Shown in pieces: positions 1 through 9,884 of a DNA stretch of 64,000 nt (positions are counted from its first letter, which is position 1; each line of letters opens with the position of its first letter). The notes below the pieces were generated by a model. The model was not told where the DNA came from. It saw nothing but the letters and a program-made list of their open reading frames with translations, and did not search any database. This DNA is from Candidatus Nomurabacteria bacterium. GTDB taxonomy: Bacteria; Patescibacteriota; Minisyncoccia; Phycocordibacterales; UBA9973. A program made the position numbers and the translations under genes. The DNA lies in contig JAQBRM010000027.1 in NCBI GenBank assembly GCA_028286485.1, positions 10,632 to 74,631 on the forward strand, written 5' to 3'.

Positions 1-258
1 GGTTACTTGTGCAGGTACAGCCTTTGTTGGTGCTGGTGAAGACATTTGTGCATTCCACTGACCGCCGACTGCAATACAATCTTGCTGGGTCGTAATATCG
101 GGGACAACTTGCGTCTGAGGGAAATATGCGGCGTAGTCCGGCGCTTTGTATACCAATGAAGTGGCGTAGTTGAAAAATAAATTCATGACGATGACAATGC
201 CGATAATCAATGACCATTTCATGACGGAAGAGTGCTTGCGTGATGTGGGGTGTTCCAT
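1..258 (-). CDS. partial CDS (5' part only; runs off the window edge), small membrane-anchored protein of unknown function
   Basis: Minus-strand reading frame MEHPTSRKHSSVMKWSLIIGIVIVMNLFF... begins near 258 (alternative start MKW at about 222). One TM helix. No recognisable domain. Confidence 0.35.
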   Translation of the reverse strand, partial: MEHPTSRKHSSVMKWSLIIGIVIVMNLFFNYATSLVYKAPDYAAYFPQTQVVPDITTQQDCIAVGGQWNAQMSSPAPTKAVPAQVT

Positions 259-632
259 GCCTGAAGTATAGCAGACAATCAAATTGACAGGGTGCAAGAC
301 TAGGAGTAATCTGAAGAAAACCCTAAAAAATTTAAGCTATGTGGAATCTCATTATTTTTTTCCGTAGGAATTGCGGTTCAGCCGAATTACCGATTGGTTA
401 CCGTATTTGCAAAAATGCTACCGAACAAACTGTTTCTTCTCGCAGGAAGAAGCGGGTAAGTTTTAGGAGAATTGTAAATATCCCTGTTCCGACAAAAAAT
501 GTATCCGTTAAAGTGGAGGATACTGGTTTGATCTATGTTTTCAATAATGACAAACCGTGGGAGGAACCAAGGAATATTGGCAGCCTGATTAAAAATTTCT
601 TGTTGAGAACATCCCAAAAAGTGTATTGGTAA

Positions 633-676
633 AAAATGCCTTACTCATTCCTAATATGAGTAAGGCATTTTATTTT
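633..676. terminator. bidirectional rho-independent terminator hairpin
   Basis: Perfect inverted repeat aaaatgccttactcat / atgagtaaggcatttt with A-run and T-run flanks, directly after the ddl stop codon. Confidence 0.6.
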
Positions 677-1626
677 TCCTCCACTACCGACTTCACGAAC
701 TCTTGCAGCGTGGCGCCGACGGCATCGAGGGCCACGAGAAACGGTGCATTGTTCGTGAGATGCGGGTGCGTATCCAGCTCGATGAACCACGGCTTGCCGC
801 GCTTATCGACGATGAATTCACTTTGAGAATAATCTTTGGCACCGAAATGCTTGTGCAACCGTTTCGCCAATTCAGAAAGCGTGTCCCGTTCGTCCGCACT
901 GAAGCCGCCATGCAGGCGCGCATAGTCTTCTTCGCCATTGCGCATTTCATTACTAAGAATACCACGCGACGGTGACTGTACTTCTACGACCGGCAACGCG
1001 TAGGTCTCTTGATTACGAAAATGATCGATCACGCCAACGGCCGCTTCCCTGCCATAGATATATTGCTCGGCTAAAAACGGTTCGTGGTTGTGAATGCTTT
1101 CTTCCACGAACTGCGCCAGGTCCAGCGGAGTAAATGCGAAGTAGGTGCGCAATGATGCGCCACCGGATAATGGTTTCAAGACCCACGGTGGTGCCATGGT
1201 TTTATAAATGCGCTGTGATACTTCTGAGACCGACTCATTGCCTTCGGGAATAATCAAAATGGACTGAGGAGTATCAATACCCAAGGCTTTGGCATGATTC
1301 TTGGCGCGTTGTTTATCAAATGCCAATTCCGCGGTTTGAAACGGCGCGCCAGTATACGGAATGGCATTAATATCCAGCAAGGCTTGGATTTGTCCGTCCT
1401 CCCCAAAGCTGCCATGCAAGGCATTCCAGACCTTATCAACCGACTGCTTGGCATCCTCCATATCGGCGGGAATGCCTTTGATGTGCAGCACGCCTTCCTT
1501 GTCGAGCAGCATGTCCACGGCTTCCAAGCCCGCGTCATGCAGCGCGCGCTGCACGTTCGCTCCCGTCTTCAATGACAGGTCATATTCTTCACTGACGCCG
1601 CCGCGCAGTATCCCGATTCGTTGCAT
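670..1626 (-). CDS. ddl: D-alanine--D-alanine ligase
   Basis: N-terminus MQRIGILRGGVSEEYDLSLKTG is the classic Ddl start. ATP-grasp architecture. Length 318 aa is typical. Confidence 0.9.
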   Translation of the reverse strand: MQRIGILRGGVSEEYDLSLKTGANVQRALHDAGLEAVDMLLDKEGVLHIKGIPADMEDAKQSVDKVWNALHGSFGEDGQIQALLDINAIPYTGAPFQTAELAFDKQRAKNHAKALGIDTPQSILIIPEGNESVSEVSQRIYKTMAPPWVLKPLSGGASLRTYFAFTPLDLAQFVEESIHNHEPFLAEQYIYGREAAVGVIDHFRNQETYALPVVEVQSPSRGILSNEMRNGEEDYARLHGGFSADERDTLSELAKRLHKHFGAKDYSQSEFIVDKRGKPWFIELDTHPHLTNNAPFLVALDAVGATLQEFVKSVVEEK

Positions 1627-1646
1627 GGCTATAGTATAGCAAATTG

Positions 1647-2060
1647 CTATAAATATAGGTTAATTTCAGGATAGACAATAATTTTTCTTTCTTTAACATC
1701 TGCAATTGATACCCATTCCGCATATTCATTTTCCTTATCAAGAATTTTTATTTTTTCTTTTGTGTTTAGATTATCGTCTTTGATATCAGCTTTGTATAAA
1801 AAAGTAATTTCTTGGTTCGGTTCGCCATTGTATTCAAAAATATTTTCAATCACTGTTAGCAACTTCTCATTTGCTAGTTTTACTCCTAGCTCTTCCTGTA
1901 ATTCGCGCTCAAGCGCAACCAGTGATGTTTCGCCAAATTCAATTCCCCCACCTATCAGGCGTCCAAAATGCTTGCCCGTTTTTTTATCAACTGCGCTATG
2001 CACGAGCAAATTTCCATTTCGAACAATAATGGCAAGGGCGTTTGGGCGAATTTGTTTCAT
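1647..2060 (-). CDS. NUDIX hydrolase
   Basis: NUDIX box GGGIEFGETSLVALERELQEELGV (GX5EX7REUXEEXGU). 137 aa. Confidence 0.8.
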   Translation of the reverse strand: MKQIRPNALAIIVRNGNLLVHSAVDKKTGKHFGRLIGGGIEFGETSLVALERELQEELGVKLANEKLLTVIENIFEYNGEPNQEITFLYKADIKDDNLNTKEKIKILDKENEYAEWVSIADVKERKIIVYPEINLYL

Positions 2061-2100
2061 TAATTACTATAATATAGCAAATGAAAAACTATACAAAGCA

Positions 2101-2297
2101 ATTAAATGGGGACAGGCCCATTTTTATATTTTATTTATCTTAAAAAAAGACCTTAATTATAAAGATATACTAGATAATGTTGCATTAATAATGGGCGGTA
2201 AAATCATAAGATTGAAAATTATCGAGATAAAAAGCTTATATAGTTGAGTACAAATGTATTAAAGATTTTCTAAAAAGGGGCCTGTCCCTATTTATTT
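2101..2297. mobile_element. REPIN/MITE-like doublet: two inverted 28-bp REP-like termini flanking about 140 bp of AT-rich non-coding DNA
   Basis: Left arm attaaatggggacaggcccatttttata and right arm ctaaaaaggggcctgtccctatttattt are near-identical to the termini of the RAYT unit at 46415..47142. Each arm contains a GGGGaCAGGCCCC mini-hairpin. The right arm abuts the uvrC stop codon. Confidence 0.6.
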
Positions 2298-3545
2298 TTA
2301 GAGCATCGCTTTCTTTCGGCGGTCTTTGTGGAAGGTCAGGGCGAAGCGGTGGGCTTCGGAGTTGGCGAGCAGGATGGCGAATTTATGGGTTTCGATGATG
2401 GCTTGCGGACCGCTGATGAATTTGGGGCGGTGACGCTCGTCTTTGGTCACCGCAATAACGGGAATATCGAGCTGCAAATCCTTCAAGACCGTAGCCGCCG
2501 CATTGGTTTGAATGATATTGCCATCCACCACAATGACGGAAGGATACGGCCATTCGGTATGAGCCAGCCGGCGCACCAACACTTCGCGCAGCGCGCCGGC
2601 GTCATTGGCCGTATCAAATCCTCGAATGATGAATTTGCGATACTCGTTTTTATTGGAAGTGGAATTTTCTATGACCGTCATGACTCCAACCATTTGCTTG
2701 CCGGATAGGTGGGCAATATCATACGCTTCAATGCGAAATACCTGTTCCCCGCTGCTGCGCTCCAAGTCCCGCTTGATGAGCGAGATATCCTGGATGTGCT
2801 CCAACGCGAAAATTTTCTGCTTCAATTCATTGGCTTCTTCAAAGTGTTCCTGCTTGGCGGCCGCGGCCATTTCTTTTTTCAATCCTTGAATAAGCGAGCG
2901 CATTTTGCCCTGCAAGATGCATTTGATACGACCGACATTCTGGCGATACTTTTTCCCGGCTTCCGCATTTGAAACATCCGGCGCCAAGGCAATCTGCCGA
3001 TAGAAGGCCTCCTTGTCTTTCTGCGCCGAAGCACGATCCCGAAACGGAAAGATATGACGAATGATCTTCAACGCTTCGCGAATGCTCGGTCCGTTCGGAA
3101 ATGGCCCGAAGGCCGCATCGTATTTGCACTGATGCAAACCGAGTCGCGGCAATGTCACGGTCTTCGTCCTCCCATCAATATCCTTTTGTCGCACCAAAAT
3201 GATACGTGGGAAATCTTCTTTGGTGATAACCACGATATTAAAGCTCTTATCGTCTTTTTCCTTGGTGTTGTAGTAGGGCTTGTACTTCTTGATCAGGTTC
3301 GCTTCCAAGATCAACGCTTCCAACACAGTCAGTGTCGCTTCATAGGTAACCGTCGTTGCTTTGAATACCATATCGACGATATGCGCACCGCGCGTCTTTA
3401 TGACATCGGGCGCAAAATATGAGCGCACCCTGTCTCGCAGTGACGTGGCTTTGCCGATATAGAGGATCTTGCCGTCACTATCCTTCCAAAAATACACCCC
3501 CGGTTCCGCCGGTAATTCCAATTTATCCAACTCTTGACGAATCAT
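2298..3545 (-). CDS. uvrC: excinuclease ABC subunit C, short form lacking the C-terminal (HhH)2 domain
   Basis: GIY-YIG N-terminus PGVYFWKDSDGKILYIGKATSLRDRVRSYF, UVR motif (EEANELKQKIFALEHI) and a C-terminal RNaseH-like endonuclease region. 415 aa. Confidence 0.85.
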   Translation of the reverse strand: MIRQELDKLELPAEPGVYFWKDSDGKILYIGKATSLRDRVRSYFAPDVIKTRGAHIVDMVFKATTVTYEATLTVLEALILEANLIKKYKPYYNTKEKDDKSFNIVVITKEDFPRIILVRQKDIDGRTKTVTLPRLGLHQCKYDAAFGPFPNGPSIREALKIIRHIFPFRDRASAQKDKEAFYRQIALAPDVSNAEAGKKYRQNVGRIKCILQGKMRSLIQGLKKEMAAAAKQEHFEEANELKQKIFALEHIQDISLIKRDLERSSGEQVFRIEAYDIAHLSGKQMVGVMTVIENSTSNKNEYRKFIIRGFDTANDAGALREVLVRRLAHTEWPYPSVIVVDGNIIQTNAAATVLKDLQLDIPVIAVTKDERHRPKFISGPQAIIETHKFAILLANSEAHRFALTFHKDRRKKAML

Positions 3546-3925
3546 GATTTTGATTTAAGCAGTTCCAGAATTTTATCCAACTTGTCATTCTCAATCGAGT
3601 TTAAGCGACTGATGATATCTTCAATTTCTTTTTTCGATTCCACATTCGTTTCGTAGTCCGCGTCAGCGCGCAATTCGGAATGGCGGCTTTGCAGGTTTTG
3701 TCCGATCATGATGATGGATAGCAAGACCAGTTGTAGGAACGTTTGAGCAATCCACGAAATAATGGTCGCTGTGCCTCCTTGAAGGGCTTGCGGCAAACTG
3801 ATCAATGCCAGAATGGTAAAGGCGATGGCACACCACATGGTGCCGACTATTTTGGTAATAAACAGCGCGGCTTTGTCCAATGGATTAAGGTTTTCCTTGT
3901 GTTCTTTATTGACGTTTCGGGGCAT
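3542..3925 (-). CDS. small membrane protein (DUF1003-like), two TM helices plus a C-terminal coiled coil
   Basis: Hydrophobic segments IVGTMWCAIAFTILALISL and FLQLVLLSIIMIGQNL. Overlaps the uvrC start by 4 nt. Confidence 0.45.
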   Translation of the reverse strand: MPRNVNKEHKENLNPLDKAALFITKIVGTMWCAIAFTILALISLPQALQGGTATIISWIAQTFLQLVLLSIIMIGQNLQSRHSELRADADYETNVESKKEIEDIISRLNSIENDKLDKILELLKSKS

Positions 3926-3937
3926 GCCCGAATTGTA

Positions 3938-4843
3938 CTACATAAAGGCACGCTGCACCTCATCAATGATCTCTTCCCAAACCGGCTCATTGTTTTTGTT
4001 GTAGTTGAAGATAGCCTCATTGGCGGCGGTAATATATTCATCCGCCGTCTCCTCCGCAAATGACAGTGCGTCGGCGAAGTCCTTGGCGGGGTGATTATCC
4101 ATAAACCATGTGATCAGTGTCTGCTTCTTTTCTTTCATATCGGTCGGGCAGTCCGTGATGTCATCCAAAAGTTGGAATACCATACCGAGATTAGTGGCAT
4201 AGTTTTCCGCAAAATCCCTTGACTCCTCATCAATACCGGCCAGCAGCATGCCGATATGCAATGGTCGATAGAAAGAATAGTGCGCGCTTTTTAATTCCAT
4301 GGTCTTCTCGATCATGTCCCGAGATAGTACTTGTTCGCTGCTGTATAGCACATCCAGCATCTGCCCATGAATGACTTCCGCCAAGACCGTGGCGAACTCT
4401 TTGCGCACATCATCAATAGTATAGGGTTCGACCGCTTCCATTTCATCCAAGCATTCATACGCCCATGTTAGTAGTACGTCTCCGGCCAGAATGGCAATCG
4501 ATGAGCCGAATTTTTTATTCATCGTCATGACGCCTCGTCGCGTATGTTCGTCATCAATCACATCATCGTGCACCAGACAAAAGAAGTGCAGCAGTTCTAT
4601 AGCGGCCAGCAAGGGGAAAATATCCTGCTCACCACCTTCCGTCACATAGCCGCAGTACGTCATGTACGGCCGGAAGCGTTTGCCTTCTTGCGCCACGGCC
4701 TGCAAATGAAAAATAATTTCCCGTACGGCTTTGTTCTCGCTATAATTGCTAAATATCCTGCCTTTCTCTTCAATAAGCGCCATGAAGCGATCATCGAAGA
4801 AATTTTTAAACTCATTTAAATTCATCATTTCCCCATCATACAA
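3938..4843 (-). CDS. polyprenyl diphosphate synthase (trans-isoprenyl diphosphate synthase family)
   Basis: First DDxxD motif LVHDDVIDDEHTRRG and second motif FQLLDDITD. 301 aa. Confidence 0.85.
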   Translation of the reverse strand: MYDGEMMNLNEFKNFFDDRFMALIEEKGRIFSNYSENKAVREIIFHLQAVAQEGKRFRPYMTYCGYVTEGGEQDIFPLLAAIELLHFFCLVHDDVIDDEHTRRGVMTMNKKFGSSIAILAGDVLLTWAYECLDEMEAVEPYTIDDVRKEFATVLAEVIHGQMLDVLYSSEQVLSRDMIEKTMELKSAHYSFYRPLHIGMLLAGIDEESRDFAENYATNLGMVFQLLDDITDCPTDMKEKKQTLITWFMDNHPAKDFADALSFAEETADEYITAANEAIFNYNKNNEPVWEEIIDEVQRAFM

Positions 4844-4884
4844 AATGAGCGGTCAAGGGAATCCGAAGAAATAATAAAGAAGAA

Positions 4885-7548
4885 TTAAAGAATTTTTTTC
4901 AGGTAACCACCGGTGTAGGAATGCTTGTTGTTGGCGACTTCTTCCGGTGTGCCTTTAGCCACGATCTTACCGCCATGCACGCCGCCTTCCGGACCGAAGT
5001 CGATCAGCCAGTCAGCACATTTGATGAGGTCGAGATTGTGTTCAATCACTACCACGGTGTTGCCCTTGGCAACGAGACGATTCAATACACCGATCAAATT
5101 TTTCACATCATCGTAGTGCAAGCCCACCGTCGGTTCATCCAAGAGATAAATAGTTTTCTCCAAATACGGACGATAGAGTTCCGAGGCGATCTTCACGCGT
5201 TGCGCTTCGCCGCCGGACAATGTCGTGGCGCTCTGACCCAGCTTCACATATCCCAAACCAACGTCGGACAGTGTTTTCAATCGGTCATACAGGGCCGGAA
5301 TTTCTCCAAAGAATTCCAAGGCTTCTTCCACTGTCAGCTGCAACACATCATAAATATTCTTCTTCTTGTATTTCACCACCAATGTTTCCTTATCAAAACG
5401 TTTGCCATTGCAAACATCACAAGTCACATACACGGTCGGCAAGAAGTGCATCTCTACTGCGATCTCGCCATTACCTTCACACGCTTCACAACGGCCGCCT
5501 TTGACATTGAATGAGAAGCGGTTGATCTTCCAGCCGCGCAAACGGGCTTCATCCGTCGCTGCAAAGAGATCACGAATATGGGTAAAAGCACCGGTGTAGG
5601 TGGCAATGTTGGAGCGCGGAGTGCGACCGATAGCGGACTGATCAATCATAATGGCGCGTGCCAAATACTCGCTGCCGCTGAATGAAGCACAATTGAATGT
5701 CTTGGCGCTGCGCATCTTGCGTTCAAAACGCGCCTGCAAATTACTGTATAAAATATCATACAAAAAAGTACTTTTGCCAGAACCGGACACACCGGTAATA
5801 GCCACCATCTTGCCGAGCGGTACTTCAATGTTTTGATTATGGAGATTGTGCAAGTTGGCGCCGACTATTTTAATAGTGCCCTTGTCGGTATCACGTCGCT
5901 TGTCAGGAATTTCTATAGCTTCTTCTTTACGCAGATATGCCAACGTACGAGAACCGGAAGGATTTGTTTTAGCTGCTAACAATTTATCGAGATAGCCTGA
6001 TACCACGACTTGTCCACCATGAATGCCAGCTTTCGGACCGATATCGATAATGTAGTCTGACGCATAGATAGTATCTTCATCGTGCTCCACCACGATGATG
6101 GTATTGCCGATGTCACGCAGATCTTCCAAGGTACGGATCAGTCGTTCATTGTCACGTTGGTGTAAGCCAATTGTTGGTTCGTCCAACACATATAATGCAC
6201 CGACCAATCGAGAGCCGAGCTGTGAGGCGAGACGAATACGCTGTGCTTCCCCGCCGGACAACGTATTGGCGGTACGATTCAATGCCAAGTATTCCAACCC
6301 AACATTCAAAAGGAAATTCAAACGATCTTCAATTTCCTTGGTGACCGCATTGGCAACTTCGCGATCCTTGGCGGAAAGCTTGATGGTGACGAAGAAGTTA
6401 AATGCTTCTTCCACGGACATGGACGTCAGATCAACAATATTTATCCCTCTCACGGTGCCGTCTTCATTTGTCTTGGTCGTTCCAAGAAATACATTCAAGG
6501 CTTCGGGCCGCAGGCGCTTGCCGTGACATGATTCACATGGTTCCGTGCCGCCGAAAAACTTCGTGCCGATACCATTACAAGCCGGACAGGCGCCGTATGG
6601 ACTATTAAAAGAGAAGAGGCGCGGTTCTATTTCCGGAAATGAGAAGCCATCATTCGGACAAGCGAATTTGCTGGACAGGAGAAATTCCTGCAAGAGGTCG
6701 GTATCCATGGAGAAGTCCGGCGATGTGCCGAATGTCACTTGCACCAAACCGTCCGCTTCGAGTAATGCCCGCTCAACCGCTTCGGATAGTCGCAGCTCGG
6801 CGTCACGAGGCGTATCCTTGAATTCATGTACGGCGAGTTCATCCACCAGCACTTCGATATTGTGGGTGGTGGTCTTGTTCATTTCAATGCGTTCACGCAG
6901 GTTGTGCATTTTGCCATCGACGCGCACGGTTGAAAAACCGCGACCGAGCAAATCGTACAGCAGCTGGTAGTATTCGCCTTTTCGTCCGCGCACGACCGGC
7001 GCATAAATTTGAATGCGGGTATCGTTCCATGCCACTCCCATGACTTCCTTTTTTTGTTTGGCAGTACTGGCTTTGGAAATATCCTTGATTTTACTTAAAA
7101 CGAAACTGTTGATTTCTTCCATCGAAAGTTTTTGAATGAGCGTGCCACAGACCGGACAGTAGGCTTTGCCGACGCGCGCATAGAGCACGCGCAGGTAGTC
7201 GTAAATTTCCGTGATAGTTGCCACAGTTGAACGAGGGTTGTTGGAGCGGGACTTTTGATCGATTGAGATCGCCGGTGACAGTCCGGTAATCTCATCGACA
7301 TCGGGCTTGGGCATTTGATTCAAGAATTGCCGCGCATAGGAAGACAATGACTCAACGTATCGGCGTTGGCCCTCGGCAAAAATAGTATCGAAGGCCAACG
7401 AACTCTTCCCTGACCCTGACATGCCGGTAATGGCAATCATGGCGTTTCGCGGCATTTCGACACTGATATTCTTAAGGTTATGCGTCCGCGCGCCTTTGAC
7501 AATAATGCTTTCAGCGGCGGTCTCAGCTGTTCTTTTCCTTTTTTCCAC
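4885..7548 (-). CDS. uvrA: excinuclease ABC subunit A
   Basis: Walker A GMSGSGKSSLAFDTIFAEGQRRYVESLSSYARQF, duplicated ABC ATPase modules, zinc-finger cysteines. 887 aa. Confidence 0.95.
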   Translation of the reverse strand: MEKRKRTAETAAESIIVKGARTHNLKNISVEMPRNAMIAITGMSGSGKSSLAFDTIFAEGQRRYVESLSSYARQFLNQMPKPDVDEITGLSPAISIDQKSRSNNPRSTVATITEIYDYLRVLYARVGKAYCPVCGTLIQKLSMEEINSFVLSKIKDISKASTAKQKKEVMGVAWNDTRIQIYAPVVRGRKGEYYQLLYDLLGRGFSTVRVDGKMHNLRERIEMNKTTTHNIEVLVDELAVHEFKDTPRDAELRLSEAVERALLEADGLVQVTFGTSPDFSMDTDLLQEFLLSSKFACPNDGFSFPEIEPRLFSFNSPYGACPACNGIGTKFFGGTEPCESCHGKRLRPEALNVFLGTTKTNEDGTVRGINIVDLTSMSVEEAFNFFVTIKLSAKDREVANAVTKEIEDRLNFLLNVGLEYLALNRTANTLSGGEAQRIRLASQLGSRLVGALYVLDEPTIGLHQRDNERLIRTLEDLRDIGNTIIVVEHDEDTIYASDYIIDIGPKAGIHGGQVVVSGYLDKLLAAKTNPSGSRTLAYLRKEEAIEIPDKRRDTDKGTIKIVGANLHNLHNQNIEVPLGKMVAITGVSGSGKSTFLYDILYSNLQARFERKMRSAKTFNCASFSGSEYLARAIMIDQSAIGRTPRSNIATYTGAFTHIRDLFAATDEARLRGWKINRFSFNVKGGRCEACEGNGEIAVEMHFLPTVYVTCDVCNGKRFDKETLVVKYKKKNIYDVLQLTVEEALEFFGEIPALYDRLKTLSDVGLGYVKLGQSATTLSGGEAQRVKIASELYRPYLEKTIYLLDEPTVGLHYDDVKNLIGVLNRLVAKGNTVVVIEHNLDLIKCADWLIDFGPEGGVHGGKIVAKGTPEEVANNKHSYTGGYLKKIL

Positions 7549-7584
7549 GGCAGCAATTATACCATAAAAATGAGCTTTTTGCGA

Positions 7585-9642
7585 CTAGGGATTGATGTAT
7601 GTTTTCTCGCGGAGGACTTTGATTTCATCGCGCAGGATGGCGGCGGTTTCGAAGTCGAGCAGTTTGACGGATTCTTTCATTTCGGACTCTTTGATGGCGA
7701 TCAGTTTTTCAATCGGATTCTTTTTTCCTCGCTTGCCTTTGCCATCTTTTTCCAATTGCGCAAACAATGCAATATCAAGGGCCAGCTCGGCATTGACGGC
7801 TTTGCTGTGTGCACTCTCCATGCCCTGCGTGATGTCCAGAATTTTCTTTTGAATGGTCATCGGCGTAATGCCATGCTCTTTGTTATAGGCCAGCTGAATA
7901 TTGCGACGACGTGTGGTCTCGCCAATGGCGCGCTCCATGGAGCCGGTCATGTTGTCGGCATAGAGAATGACACGGCCGTTGGAATTACGAGCGGCACGAC
8001 CGATAGTCTGAATGAGTGACACTTCACTGCGCAGGAATCCTTCCTTGTCCGCATCCAAGATACCGATCAACGTGACCTCCGGCATATCCAATCCTTCACG
8101 AAGCAGGTTCACACCGATCAGAATATCGAACTCCCCTCTGCGAAAACTGGTAATGATCTTGATACGATCGATCGTTTTGATATCGCTGTGAATGTACGCC
8201 ACTTTGATTTTCTTTTCTTTGACGTAGTCGGTCAGATCTTCTGCCATGCGCTTCGTCAATGTCGTAACCAAGACACGTCCGCCTTTGGCAATTTCCTTTT
8301 CGGACTCGCTGATCAGATCGTGTATTTGCCCCAAGTACTCGCCATTTTCCAAAATAGGCTTCACTTCCACCATCGGGTCCACCAGACCGGTCGGTCGGAT
8401 AATTTGCTCCACCACTTTGGTGGAATGCTCATGCTCGTATTTTCCGGGTGTAGCAGAGACAAAAATAGTCTGGCCGATGCGGTCTTTGAATTCCTCAAAC
8501 TTCAGCGGTCTGTTATCCTTGGCACTCGGCAATCGAAAGCCGAATTCCACCAATGTCTGCTTGCGTGAGGCGTCCCCCGCATACATACCTTGCAGCTGCG
8601 GCAATGTCACATGCGACTCATCAACGAATAGCATGAAGTCCGGGCTGCCATCGGCTTTGTGCGGGAAATACGACAACAATGTTTCAGGTGGTTCGCCTGC
8701 CATTTTGCCTGACATGTGCCGAGAGTAATTCTCAATACCGGAACAGTAGCCAACCTCACGGATCATGGCGAGGTCATACGTCGTGCGACGCTTGATACGC
8801 TCCGCTTCCAAAAGCTTTCCTTCCAATTCAAAATGCTTCAGCTGCTCATTGAGCTCATGCTGAATATCGGCAATAGCGCGATTCTTCTCGTCTTCATTGG
8901 TGATGAAGTGTTTGGCCGGGAAAATAAAAACAGTTTCTTCTTCCGACAAAATACGCGCTGAGACCGGATCGATCTTCAAGATGCTTTTCACGGTCGTACC
9001 GGAAAATTCCACCATGTATTGAATAGTGTCTGAGACAGGCATGATCTCCACCTTGTTGCCCAACGCGCGAAATTGCCCTGATGACAGGTCAGCGTTGGTA
9101 CGAGAAAAGTGAATACTGACTAAACGCTCCATAGCTTCAGTGCGGGACAAGGTCATGCCTTTTTCTATTTTGAAATTTTTCTTCTCATATTCTACCGGAC
9201 TACCGAGACCGTAAATACATGACACTGATGCCACAATGATCACGTCCTTGCGCGTCAGCAATGACTGCGTGGTAGCGTGACGCAAACGATCAATCTCCTT
9301 GTTGATCTGCGCGTCTTTTTCAATGTACGTATCAGTGACGGGCATGTAGGCTTCTGGTTGGTAGTAGTCGTAGTATGAGACGAAGTAGTGCACGGCATTA
9401 TTGGGAAAAAATTCGGCAAACTCGCTGGCCAGCTGTGCCGCCAGTGTTTTGTTGTGGGCAATGACCAGCGTCGGTTTCTGGATATCGGCGATGATATTGG
9501 CCATGGTAAATGTCTTGCCGGTGCCCGTAGCACCCAGCAAGGTCTGCATCTGCTCGCCCTTTTTCAGCCCTGCCAATAAGCCTTTTATGGCTTTAGGCTG
9601 GTCTCCGGCCGGTTGATAGTGGTTGGAAAGCTCGAATTTCAT
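7585..9642 (-). CDS. uvrB: excinuclease ABC subunit B
   Basis: UvrB helicase motifs GATGTGKTFTMANIIA and DESHVTLPQ, with a C-terminal UVR motif. 685 aa. Confidence 0.95.
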   Translation of the reverse strand: MKFELSNHYQPAGDQPKAIKGLLAGLKKGEQMQTLLGATGTGKTFTMANIIADIQKPTLVIAHNKTLAAQLASEFAEFFPNNAVHYFVSYYDYYQPEAYMPVTDTYIEKDAQINKEIDRLRHATTQSLLTRKDVIIVASVSCIYGLGSPVEYEKKNFKIEKGMTLSRTEAMERLVSIHFSRTNADLSSGQFRALGNKVEIMPVSDTIQYMVEFSGTTVKSILKIDPVSARILSEEETVFIFPAKHFITNEDEKNRAIADIQHELNEQLKHFELEGKLLEAERIKRRTTYDLAMIREVGYCSGIENYSRHMSGKMAGEPPETLLSYFPHKADGSPDFMLFVDESHVTLPQLQGMYAGDASRKQTLVEFGFRLPSAKDNRPLKFEEFKDRIGQTIFVSATPGKYEHEHSTKVVEQIIRPTGLVDPMVEVKPILENGEYLGQIHDLISESEKEIAKGGRVLVTTLTKRMAEDLTDYVKEKKIKVAYIHSDIKTIDRIKIITSFRRGEFDILIGVNLLREGLDMPEVTLIGILDADKEGFLRSEVSLIQTIGRAARNSNGRVILYADNMTGSMERAIGETTRRRNIQLAYNKEHGITPMTIQKKILDITQGMESAHSKAVNAELALDIALFAQLEKDGKGKRGKKNPIEKLIAIKESEMKESVKLLDFETAAILRDEIKVLREKTYINP

Positions 9643-9678
9643 CCTTCTATTATATAGAAGTCATCAAGGCGTCACAAA

Positions 9679-9870
9679 TTAGTTGGTTGGAGTGGCATCA
9701 GCGGGTGGCTGAGGAGCGGAATGGTGGTGGTGAATAACAGGACCGGTATCACTGTTAATATCGGAGTAATCAAATGCGCTGTAGGCAGCGGAACAAATTT
9801 TCAGCGTGGCGAATGCTCCCACCATCGTAAAAACTAAAAAGAAAATATATGTTTTGCGAACTTGCATCAT
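9679..9870 (-). CDS. small secreted/membrane protein with an HHHH run (hypothetical)
   Basis: 63-aa ORF with a signal/TM segment, sitting between tgt and uvrB in the same orientation. No homolog recognised. Confidence 0.3.
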   Translation of the reverse strand: MMQVRKTYIFFLVFTMVGAFATLKICSAAYSAFDYSDINSDTGPVIHHHHSAPQPPADATPTN

Positions 9871-9884
9871 ATGCCTATAGTGTA

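Noticed and set aside
339-632. 97-aa plus-strand ORF ending exactly at the 633..676 terminator hairpin
   Set aside because: There is no recognisable domain and the region is AT-rich intergenic-like. The hairpin is equally explained as the ddl terminator. It is kept out of the feature list for lack of support, and could be a real small gene.
1762-2247. 161-aa plus-strand ORF
   Set aside because: It is antisense to the well-supported NUDIX gene and runs through the AT-rich core of the REPIN-like element, so it is spurious.
4921-9616. Antisense/alternate-frame ORFs within uvrA and uvrB (for example 4921..5514, 6095..6526, 7480..8019, 8246..8728)
   Set aside because: The same situation: they are embedded in the strongly supported uvrA and uvrB genes and are spurious.
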